From Raillietiella orientalis (lineage: Eukaryota): DNA of 64,000 bases. A model generated the notes under the pieces. It was not told where the DNA came from. It worked only from the letters and a program-made list of their open reading frames with translations, and did not search any database. The position numbers and the translations under genes were made by a program. This document shows positions 26,501 through 38,500 of this stretch, piece after piece (the stretch's first letter is position 1; each line of letters starts with the position of its first letter). The stretch covers positions 496,001-560,000 of the forward strand of contig JAYWIR010000053.1 of the NCBI GenBank assembly GCA_036172245.1, read 5' to 3'.

Positions 26501-29500
26501 ATGACTCTTCAAGTTATAGAAGGTAACCCCAGAGGGACCACCCTGAGTCCAGGAAGGCTGCGGAGCGAGAATTCCGTCCGTCTTACGTTAATCCTTCACC
26601 TTGGTTGTCTCCGAAAGGAACCTCTTCCTTATTCTCTCCGAAGGGACCTCCTGGAGAAAACCACTCCTCACTTCTTCCCCGAAGGGAACCCGCAAGGTTT
26701 CCTTCTCTGAAGAGAATCCCGAAGGGAGCAGCGTGCTCCTTACACTCTGGAAAGGCAACCCTCGAGGAAGGCATCAACAACTTCATTTGCACAACCGGAG
26801 GGGAACCCTGGAGAGCTCCTTGATTCCTACAAGGAGCCCGCAGGGTCAACTTCCAACCCCGGCCAGTCAACGGTGACATCCGGTTTCTCGCTTCCACCAG
26901 TGCCGCACCCGAAGCCTATAGGTCAACCAGCGTCATCCTGGAATGGGGGACTCGAACTTACAGCTCATCCCCCCTTCTCGGCGTCGATGCTCTTCCCCGG
27001 GTGGGATTCGAAACCGCAACGCTTGGTACCACTAGCGGAGACCGCAGCCGCATGGCCTGCGTTGGCGGTCGTGTGGTTACGTGAAAAGGGATGAAATTTT
27101 TGGGTGGTTTTAGATTCCTATGAATTCCCGGAAAACAGTGTTGCAAGAATTTAATAGAATTCAAGGGCGGAGCAGCGAGTTTCGATGGAAACACGAAAAC
27201 AACCTGAAGACAGAAAATGGTGCTCTCGGTACTTTGGATGTGGACAGCTCAGAGGTTCCTCCAGCCACAGCGAGAACCGAAATGGAGACGAGATGGACTC
27301 GCAGCCAAGAATTATTGAAGGCAGAAGGCGGGGACCACGAGCGCGTCAAGAGCTAGCCGAGAGGGCAAGTCCCTGTTAGTTCTGTTAGCTGTCACCCTTG
27401 GGCATAGAGAAGATGGGAAAGCAGCAGAGCGAGGGAGGGTCCAGAGACTACAAACTCAGCTCTCGGATTTTCTGCAGCCTCCTGGAATCCTTTCTGATTT
27501 GCAAAGATGGGATAACAGCTTGAGAAAATCCACGATACTCATTAATTGAAGATGAGCGTCGCCTTCCTGTCGAGATTTCGCTGGTCCTCATGGGAAATCG
27601 CATCGCATTTGCAGTGATGAATGGACGACGACGGATATATGCCTTGTGAGACACGATGTGGCTCGTCTCTTCCTACCAGACATGCACCGTGGGGTGCTGT
27701 CGTCAGGAAGAGATTTTGTTTTTTCGCTGGAGTACTAATGCGACTCGAGTTCCATATGTCAGAAAATCTTTGGAAAGCGATGTTGGGGTCGTGGAGGGTC
27801 CATCGAAAGAACACGAAAAGCAATTGCTTTTGGGGGTTTTGCTCTTTCACCGCACAGATGTCCACAGAAAGAGAATGGAAGACACTTTAGAGGAAAGTGC
27901 TTCTCTAGAGGCCCAGCGCGGTCCACCTGCAAGCGAACTCTGACATAGGCGGCCCACAGACACCTCGACGTCAAACTGGACGCACTTGGGCACACTCGCA
28001 GAGGACGTCGATAAGAAAAGCCCATCGGAAGGCGCTTGTGGAATCCGATCAAAAGACATCTGTCACTGCAGCTTGGAGGATATCCACTGAGCCAGCCAGC
28101 AGCGAGTCCTTCATTTTTGCGCCCGCGGCTGAGTTCATCCCAAGAGGAAATTGAATTCGACCAATCATTGACGCCGTCAGGATTGATATCATGTTAGTCA
28201 TTTGCAACTTAGAAGGGAACAGAGTTCGAGGAGAGAGGAGAACGCCGAAGCAAAGATGAAGGAAGGAAGTCAGAAAGAAGGGAGACGGAGGAGGCACTTT
28301 CCTCTTAGTGATCCGAATAGCTGGTTGCCGAGAAAGCAGGGAGGTAACACGCATGTCATTGGAGTCTCTGAACCAGAGACCTTCCGCTATGGACTACAAT
28401 GAATTCGCGACGCTCCTACGGAACACAACGAGAACACCGGCAGACCGCAACATGGAAACAAAAACTGCATCCTCAGGAAGCAAGCGCTGCGCATTCGCTT
28501 CCTGAAGACCGCCATTCCGAAGACGTCCAAGGATTTGGCTTGAGTTCGAAAGAGTCAAGAGCCGCCACTGAGTCACCGGTGAGCGACATCCCAGGGTGTC
28601 CTCGTTGCGCTCTCTCTGAAGACTGCGAGCGTCCGCAGCGCGGGCTCCCGATCGGAGCTCAAAGCGCAGGCAATGAGGAAAATGGACTCACGTTGTATGC
28701 ATCGATGAGGTTGTACAAGTACGGAACCAACATGAGACTCGTAAAGGTGTGTCCCAGAATGACCCAACTCATGGTCAGGAATCTGAAGAGATTCAAAGTC
28801 CGTTGCCAAGGTCAGTAGTCACCTTATCCCGTATAGACATCGTATTTCTCCTTTCGACATCTTCGTGTTGAATAGTCTCTTGGCATTGGAATACAGGGAG
28901 AATGACGTCAGGAGTCTCTCGGTTGCATTCACTGTGAAGGCGGCACGTCGCAAGGGTTAGCGAGAACAAAGAAGGGAGTTTTCCTTTACATTTCATATCC
29001 AGAGGCACCTGAAGCAGATCGACCGTGGAATTCGGGACGCTGCAGTCGGTGACACTGATGCAGGTAAACAATCGCTTCTTCTGTGACTGCAGTCTCAGAT
29101 CGTAAAGCGTGGAAGAAACGATGACTGCCAAGATTAGAGCGCACAGAACTCTGAAAGAGAGCATGGAGGAGGAGGAACGTTTCTCGTCGGATCTCGGTGG
29201 GCGACTACTCTCACGCTGAGCTCATCACTCGAAGGAAGCAGACCGACGGACGAGAGCGGTCTCGTGGCCTGAGCCGCCGGGTCACGAAGCTGCAGCCGCC
29301 CTTTGGTTATTTTTTTGTCGCGACATCGGCCGACGGATTCTTCCCGTCCGGCTAAGCCCAAGAGTGGCTCATCCGAGACGATGCAACATCGGAACCCCTA
29401 TTTCCATCTCTATCGGAATTCTGGGAACGCCAGGCACCCTTGCGTTGTTCCAAAGAGCTGCTGCTTTGGTCCACCACTCTGTTGCTCTGTTCCTCCTGGC

Positions 29501-32500
29501 ACAGTGCAGCACATTGCGTGGGTAGCGCAACGGCAGCTCACTGCATCCATCCGGGAGGGAAGTCTTCGGCATGCACCTACAGATGCATGCCGAAGGCTAT
29601 TGGTGACCTCTCCGGATGTTCCTCGCCCTACATCCAGGATGTTTTGATGCCCGGACACGACCTCGGCTGCAGATCGCTTCGGATCCTCTTGCTGAAAGCG
29701 TCGAGCGCGAAGACATCCTTCGCCTTCCTTCCGAAGATGTCCCCTTTCTTTCCATCATCTGCACCAATCTTCCTCCTTCCGGTACGTCCAGAAGACCGTT
29801 GCGAAAATGCAGAGGAATGGACCCGTGACTTCCAAAGAAACTAAGGCGTGGACTCAAAATGGCCTCTGTTGTTTTCCCTGCGATGGTGACTAGTCTGCAA
29901 CTCCCCCTAAGACTCTCTCGGTGGGTGACTGACGGAGCAGACGGATGTGGACAACCTCGAAGCCTCATCTCGTGTGGTCTCCTTCAAGAGGGACTGCGCG
30001 ATCTTTGGTGTAGTGGTTGAGGAAGACGAAGAGGATTGCTAGTTGTTCACATCCTAAGGGGACACGAGAGCAAGCATGACGACCAAGAGGCAGGTCGGGA
30101 GGTCCGACCTGGGACACCGGGAGTTGGTGGTCCGGGAAAGGATCCGAAGCGAAAGTCAGGGTCCAGTGCTCCAGGCAGCCGGACGAGACGACATCCGACT
30201 GCCTGGAGCACCGGGCCCTGACTTTCGCCCTCGAGGTCGCTCGCCAGCGTCTTTTGCCTCGCCTCGAAAGAGGCAAAGCAGGAGGAGACTGAAGTATCGA
30301 CGGCTGGCTCGTCCGTGCTCGCTTTCCACTTTCCGGATCCCTCCGATGTCGGAATACGTCCGAGGAACGACCAGGCGCCGAAAAAAATTCGCAAGAAGCA
30401 GGCGGGGTGCGCATCAAGATAAGAAGCGGCGAGCGCTCGAACCCGGGCTGCGTCCCGTGATCATGTACACGATTCGGCTCTGCATATACTAAAACCATGA
30501 AATTCGTCCCATCGCGTAACGGAGGGAACTCTGAAAATCCAATTTTTGTGTGTGTCATTTCCAGCGTCGGGACGCTGGAAAGGGTTCCAGAATGACCCTC
30601 TAAATGTTACTTGTTCGACATCCATCGAATTTACCTTCCTCGTGCGTCTCTGCGGCCGCTTCGGGTCACTCGCATTTGGCACTCCGCTGCCGCAAGCTCC
30701 TCTGCGTCCATTCCTCTTCCTCCTCCGACGCACCGGCGAGGGGAAGCTCTCCGGCGGAAAACCGCTCGGAGATTCTCCCGAGAGACTCTCGAAAGGCTGC
30801 AGAGCTTCCGGTGAAAGCGCTATCAAACCGCGGGGTGCCCGCTCCAGAAGCGGCTGTTTTCCTGGCGGCCGAGTGTCCATCCACCCAATCGAACAGCCCG
30901 AGTTCTTGTCTCGAGTGCCCAAGAGCTGCCCTTCTACTTGCAGGCGCGCGAAGACGTGCGAAGGGAGGGCGGAAAATTTCCCCTCCAGCTGCTCTCATGC
31001 CCTCCCTGACATTGGTGCGTGAGCGGCGGAGATTCGAACAGGGTTCCTTATGCAACGGGGGGTCGTCTGCCTGGGTAGTTGGGAGCATTCTAACGGGTCT
31101 CATCCGAAATCCATCCCGAAGGATCGAAATCCAGAAAGATCACGAAAAATGCAGGAGCATGCGTGCCCGTTCTACACGGATCAGCAAACAAATTGATTTT
31201 AATATGCACAGTTATTCCCATTTATTCATGTACATATTACTAACAGTAATATTATTGGAACATATACTCGTTAACATACATCTTATAAATAAAATTAATA
31301 TGATCATATCATTGATATTTACATTCAAGATTAGAAAAAGTAAATCTATACGCTCATTATATGCATTGCTTTATGTATTTATATGTATTAAATGAATGCA
31401 TAAACATCGAATATTTCAAAGTAAAAAATAATTGTGGCAAAAATAGTGGGAAAAAATAAAAATGCAGAGAACAAACAAAAAAGAAAATCTGATAATCAGG
31501 CATTTGTTACATATATATAAACATATCTATATGAACATAAATATATACATATACGTGTATGTATATTAATCCATATATTAGTCCATATCTATATACGTAT
31601 GCATTTATATTTCCATATATATCTGTATACGCACACATATATATGTATATATGTTCTAATAATATTAATGTGTATAATATGTTAATAAATAGGAATCAAA
31701 ATAAAATTTGCATGTTAATCCGTGTACATTTATTTTTTGTGATGCTTCGGGATTTCGGTCGGGTGCGCATGCCTGCATTCCCTGCATCCGCAAGGTAGGA
31801 GTCAGCTGCCACTCACGCCTACAACACGCGGCCGGCACGTTTCAGCAGGGACAGGCGGGATGACCCCTGCCTTTAGCTCCTGGGGCTGCGGCTCTTGGAG
31901 ATCACGGAAGTGCGTGCCCCGGAACTCGCTGCTCTCTCTCGAGGTGCGGACGGAAGTGTCTTCGGCGGGCACTCCCCGCACCTCGGAGGACACTTCTCCT
32001 GCACCGTCTCACCGTCAGTTTTCGAACAAACCAACAAACAAAGCATCGTGGAAAAGAGAAGTGCGATCCGGTCAGCGTTCCCAAAAGCTGGTTCCCCTCG
32101 TTGCTCCTCTTGCCGCTGCAGCAGAAGGGTCTCAGGAATAAGCAAGCAAGAAATTGGGAGGCTCCACTCGGCTTTGGTGCATAGGAAGGCAAACTCCATG
32201 CAAATGCAAGAACGGAAACCTCCTAATGTTCCGCTTTCCCCAATGAGCACGAGCTCTCCCTTTCTCTGTAGACCGAAGCGTTTGAGCGTCGACGCCCTCG
32301 ACAACCAATGAAGCTTCCGAAAGAACCTCTGCGGTGACCTTTCAGGAGACCGAGCCGCAGCGACGCAAAGGCATGCAGCATCCGTCGCGCCCGCCTGCTC
32401 TTCGTCTGGAGCGCTTCTCGTCGATGAGAAGCGGAAGACGAGAACGCTTCTACGGGAGCGGAAAGGCAACCAGCAATGTTGCGACATCTCCGGAACCTGC

Positions 32501-35500
32501 GGCGAACCATGGAATCGAGCAATTCCTTCCGACGGCGGCGCCTCACGCAGCTGCTGGGAGCAAGGAACTGGTCAAGCGTGGTGCCGCTGCAACTTGCTGC
32601 AGGAAATGTGGGATCAGACTGCAGCCTTCGATCTTCAGATCATCCGGGGCAGCCTTTCCCGAACCAGAGACTGTTTGTTCCCCCGGAGAAGGAATCCCGC
32701 ATTCCAGGAAGGGTGGGCATCTGGCCAGGGACGTTTCGTTTCGTTGCATTTTCGAGAAGCTTCTTTTTCGCCTCCGGTCTTCATGCAAAGACGTCGAATT
32801 GCAAGTCTCCTGGCTTCTCCACCCCGAAAGTGCTACCATTTCATTATTGACTATGGCCCATCATCAACAACCCCTCATGACTATCAACCAAAATTCTACT
32901 ATCCTGACAAAAACTAGCCCCTATATTCATCATCTCCCTCTCACCATCACCAATTATCCTATTTTCCACAATTCTCGGAAGAGAGAGGTCAGGGAGAAGG
33001 TCATGACGGTTAGATCGAACTCTCAGGCCTCTCTTTGGAGGGCACGATCACCACCCTCCCTCATAATGACGTGAGCGTCAAGGCGCCTGTCGTGTCTTTT
33101 GCAAAAAACGGCGGGAGTCTCGGTCCTTGCGTGGTCGAGTTCTACCCGCAATTCGACAGCGATGGCTGGAGGGTCACCGAGTCCTTAGCCTCTAAACGAT
33201 TCCGGAGGAATTTCGATCTTGAGGGCGGGGGGCCAGATGGGAAAGAAGTCTTCGAGAGGGCGCATCCTGAAGGCAGCCAGCAGCCACCGACCGCTTCTGC
33301 GCACAGACCGCAGAGGTCCCTACCTGTCCGAACCGAAGATCCCGCAACGAAGGCCATCCCGAAGAAAGACCCTGGTGCCATCCGACCCCATGCCTTTTCG
33401 TCCCTCGTGCAGGAACTGAGAGGGGGATGAGATGAAGAGAAAGAGCCCAACAGCCTATTGGAACTCCCCTGGTCACTTGCTGCAACACTCCGACCCCCGG
33501 CACGTCACTTCCAGAACGCAAGCAACGGATGAAATGCCATCCGCATGACCACGCCGACTGCCTCCATCAGCACCGTCTCGTGCGATGGAAAGCTAAGCGA
33601 CCCTAAGTGTGTTGGCGGCGCAAAGTCTTAAGGGAGGCAGAGAGAGGGAGCTGTGTGACTCGTGGTTTGTGCCCGAGGCGAGAGAGGCTGCAAGATGAGT
33701 GGAAACCAAACTGTCTTACAGTACTACAATGTCTGCTGTCTCCAAATGGACTTCTTCATCCTCCTCCATGGTGCACTGATCTTCGTTGACGACGCAAGTC
33801 ATGTTCAGCTCCTCCAGCGTCGTGTTGAACGAAACCTTCGGGAGTAGCGGGGTCGCCTCCTAGGGTCGCACCCACTTACTTGGACGTCCTGATGATGGCA
33901 TGAAGAGGGTAAGCAGACACCTCTGGACAGAGGTAGCACATTGGTCGGGAGGTCGGCATTTTCATTAGCCAGGGGATCGGAGTTCTGCAGGCTGAAAGGC
34001 AAGCAAGCGAGGGATACTTAGAGGCTTTCACCAGCAGACTCCCGAAATCCCGAGCATCCCATACCCTCTTTTCTGCAACGCCATCTTTTCATCTGTTTCG
34101 TTTCTCGAACAGAATCTGCAGCTTGGTCTGTTCCTCCCTGAGTTGACGGGAGTGGAGCACGCGCGCGCCGGTGAGAGACACCGCAAACCAAGTACGCGCA
34201 CGCGCGTGAGGAAGGTGCCTGCGATCGCCGGCGAGCCAGGCGGTTCGTGGGGACGACCCTTCTTCGAGCGGCTGCCGCGAGGCCGACGTCCCGCGCTCGC
34301 GCCCGCTAAACGGCGACGTCTCTTTTGCGAGGTCAAGCGGGCGGCGAACGCAGGAGGCAACCCGATACCTCCTGCGGTGCCGCATTCAACCGACCTACGA
34401 GGCACGCCGCGAGACAATCACCACAGGAGGCAGCAGTTCGTGATCACGGAAGAGTGATCAAGTGTGGTGGACCGCGTCCTGCTTCGATTTCCCGAATGTG
34501 ATGGGCACCTATCCGCCGATTGGCGATTCATACGTCGCCCAAGGCTGATCCGACTGCAACTACAACGGGAATCGCAAACGCTCCCAAGCAGCTTTAACAG
34601 TGCTGTTGTTGTGGATGCCGAAAAGAAACCCTTGCCCGCGTCGACGGCCGTGCGGCTGCGACCTCCATGAGAGATACCACGCGTTCCCTGGAAAGCATCG
34701 ACACCGAGAATGGGGGGTGCACCGTGGGCTCGAGTCCCCCACCCCAGGATGACGCTGGTTGACCTACAGGCTCCAGGTGCGGCACTGGTGGAAGCGGGAA
34801 ACCGGATGTCCCCGTTGACTGGCCGGGATTGGAAGTTGACTCTCCGGGCTCCTTGTAGGAATCAAGGAGCTCTTCAGGGTTCCCCTCTGGTTGTGCAAAT
34901 AGAGCCGTACCATGAAACTGGTTCATGCCTTCCTTGGAGATTGCCTCTCTGGAGTGTTAGAAGCGTGCTGCTCCCTTCGGGTTCTCTTCAGAGGAGGAAA
35001 CAAGGAGCCGATCTTTTGTGGGGGTTCCCTCCGGAGAAAATAAGGAAGAGGTTCCCCTTGGAGAAAACCAGAGCGAGAGTTCCCTTCGGAGTTCCCTCTC
35101 AATCGCAAAAAAAAAAAAAGGGTTAAGAAACCCTTGTCCGCGTCCTCTGCCACTGCACGAGGGACCTTGGTCGCCTCTTAACACAACGGCACAACTTCAT
35201 TGCAGATTTCATTTTTCCAGCTCTGTCGAGACGGTGGTCCGTTGCTCCTTAGGACAGCAAGGCAAATGTGGACAACTAGGCATTACGACCAGATATCTTC
35301 AGTCCATCAGACAAGAGTACAGCGGCGATCCTTGACGTAGCTGTCCCAATCCCTGACCGAAGCACGAGAAGCAAAGGCAAGCAAGAGCTCCCGCGTTGCT
35401 GCATCCTTACATGCGCAGGGCCCTTGACATAGTTGTTGTTGAATAAACAAAGCCATGGTGGATGGCGCCCTGGGATTGTGGGAGCCCGTCGATGATGAGT

Positions 35501-38500
35501 TCTCAGACGTATTGGAGGAGATCCTCCGGGACATGATGATGTTCCTGTCCCCCCTTGATCGCGAGATACATCCAACCAGTGTTTTCAGCGTGCACAGGAC
35601 CACATTCAGGCCTACAGCGCCAGAACCTCCACCCACCCACCGACCATCGCAGCGAGCAAACAGATGCGAGACACTAACCAGGAAATCTAAAGGGAGGCGC
35701 TGAGACTGCCAACGGCATGCAACACTTCAAGACCACTACGGAACAAGGAATAGGAATTCTCACATCGCTCTGAGATCTACGCCCTCCCTTGTGACCTCTA
35801 ATTATGTGAACCCCTCAATTTTGAAACAGGAACTGTACACAAGTGCGGACTATACAAGCATTTATACCAAAGTGTCCATGGAAGGGGACCCATATACAAT
35901 GTAATTTAAATCTAAATGACGATTAATAAAGTTACACAAATGATTGAATCCAATTATAACAATAATTAAGGAAACATTGGTAACTGAAAGAAAGAGCAAC
36001 CGAAATAATATAGTAGCACTTGAATGCTTGGACACTGAATTATACGAGTCGTTTAATGATAGAAGTAATTGGATGTTAAAAATAATCTTGTATGGATCTG
36101 CTGAATGGTCACGATAAGTGAATTCAATGATAAGTAGTTGATTAAATTCCATAACAATGTATAACAATATGAATCGAATAACAATGAATCTCAATAGTAA
36201 ATCAACAGCAGTCAAATCAATTATTATCAATTGGATTCAGTTGATACTTGATTAGAATGTTATTGTTGCTCATGATTGTAATTGTTGTTCCATTGTTTTT
36301 CTCTTTGCATTCAACTGAATTTAAGCCACTGAATTCGTAGCAGCAGGAAAGTCGATATGGTTCTTAAATTCAACTCAGTCATGTTGAATCCAACTAATAA
36401 TAATAACTGATTTGCTGTTATTGATTTGTTATTGAGATCCATTGTTATTCGATTCTCATTGCGGTTCTGTAATAATATGATTGGGTGGTTCCCCCTTCGT
36501 CCCTCACATCCTGGAGGTGCTGAACTGCTTTCCCCAAACGATGAACCTTCGTGTCCCAGCGTTGACGTCACGAAGAGGATGATTGGCTCCGGCAATCCTT
36601 CTCGCAGACGCGCGTCTCCTGGCCGTCAAGAGCTCCTTCTGCAGGACCGGTTCGACCCCTTTCTGCACCCTCGGATTCACGTTGCCCCTTTTGGGGACCT
36701 CCCAGGTTTCTCCGCTCGTTTAAGCCCCGGAGGGTATCGCAGGGTCGGAAGGTTTCTCGGAAGCGAGGATGGGTTGCTGGAGGAAGGCGGTTCGCTCCTG
36801 TCTGTCCGACTGTCAGTTGCTCTTCCTCTCCGTACCAGCTCCCCAGCCATTGCAAGTATCAGAGAACTTTCCCCCCATTGTCTTCTCTGGAGTCTTCCCT
36901 ACGAAGTCCCATGCTTTCCTCTCGCTGTCCAAAAGAGGATAGGGTGGACTCATCGCTCCATCCTCGTCTGCGTGGCTTGTCCTCCAGCTGTCCCTGAGGA
37001 TCTCTCCGGGCGTCTACGGCCCCTTCTTGGAAAGACCTGCCTTCGGAAAGCCGATGGCTTCCGGGTTCAGCAGCTCGGAGTTTCCAGCTGCGGAAGCTCC
37101 AGGGCGCGTAGGATGCAGCTGAGCAAGACGACGGATTCTCCCTCCGCCCTGAACCTCCACCCCAACTTGAGGAACGCCGATCAAGTCGCGAGTCGAGCTG
37201 CGAGGCAGCCACAAAACTTCATCCATCACCGCCCCTCTCGGGAAAGGAACGAATGGGAACGGCGACAAGGGGCTTGGCAATCCGCTAACTGCGTCGCTCC
37301 TTTGCTTGCCGAGGTGAAGGCTCTAACCGGACGAATTCGCCGCCGGGATTCGAACCCGTGACCTTCCGCTCGTAGGGAGGAGGTTTTCGCCAATGGGCCA
37401 CGCGTACGCGCGCGCATTTTCGCGGGAGCCTAAACGCATTGTTGCTCGCGAAGCGCTTCGTCGTCGCGACCGGAATACTCAGCCTCCGGGATACGAACCC
37501 GCCACCTTCCGCTCGTCTCCGGTTTTCGCCACCTCTCCAGGCTTGCTTGCCCGATTCTCGGACGCCCCGCTCTCGGTTCATCCTGGCTGCGTTGGTTGCC
37601 GCTTCGGACCGGCCCTGTTGACTGAATCGCGCATAGTGGAGAGGACCGTTGCCCAATGGTCAGGTCGCAGGTAGGGGCGATTCCGCTCTGAACGTTCCTT
37701 GCTTACAGGACAGCTCCCTCCATCATCTCTGTCGCTCTCTGATGCGCCTTCTGGTGTGGAGCCGAAGACTTTCAGCAGCAGTGTTGGTTTCAGTCCTCAT
37801 CCTGTGGTTTCTTTCTGTCTTCGCGGCTCCTCCGAGAGCGCCTTCCAAAGCACGCCCGAGGCGAGTTGAAATACGTTGTCCACTCTTTCAAGGCGACATC
37901 CCTGCGCTCTCTTTCCCGCAAGAGATCTGCGAGTAGCCTCTCAGTCGGCTCGAAGATGCAGCAGCTTCTGCAGCCCGTCTCTGTCCTACAGAGATGGCGG
38001 AGACTCCGGGAAAGATGGACCACCTGCTGCCGAGACGTCTGGCCAAGAGCTGCGACCGGGAATTCGTTGGATTCCGTCCCTCTCCAGCCAGAAACGAGGG
38101 ACACCGGTCCGCCTTTCTAGGAAACCAGCCAACGTCTCTCATCCGAGCCCTGCTTTTCAGCTCCGGTTGCCCTCATGGCGGGGGCACGGATCGGCTCGCA
38201 AAGGGGCTGAGCAGTGGGCGTCCTCCGATCCACGTGCCGTCCGTCGTGGGCTGCGTGTCCAGTAACAGTACCCTGAGGTCCCTTCGGAAATCCGGGAAGC
38301 CGAAATCCCGAAGGATCACGAAAAATGAACACACACTAGCTTATTCTACATAGATACAAATTTATTTTATTATTATTGGTCCTATTTATTAACTATAATT
38401 TTATTTTATCACTATAATTAATAAGTCCTTGATTATAGTATTAATGCATATGTATGAGAAACTACAAAAATAAATGCTTTATATATAATAACATATAAAC

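Noticed and set aside
29564..29595. 12-bp perfect stem-loop CTTCGGCATGCA...TGCATGCCGAAG; also a 19-bp direct repeat near 48999 and 49040
   Set aside because: Both are short and isolated, with no functional context. The stem-loop would not be a terminator in a eukaryotic intron.
37742..38120. Type II membrane protein-like start (MRLLVWS...CPLFQGD), reminiscent of core-2/I-branching glycosyltransferases
   Set aside because: There is an in-frame stop at 37934-37936 and no catalytic-domain continuation. The similarity is too short to support a call.
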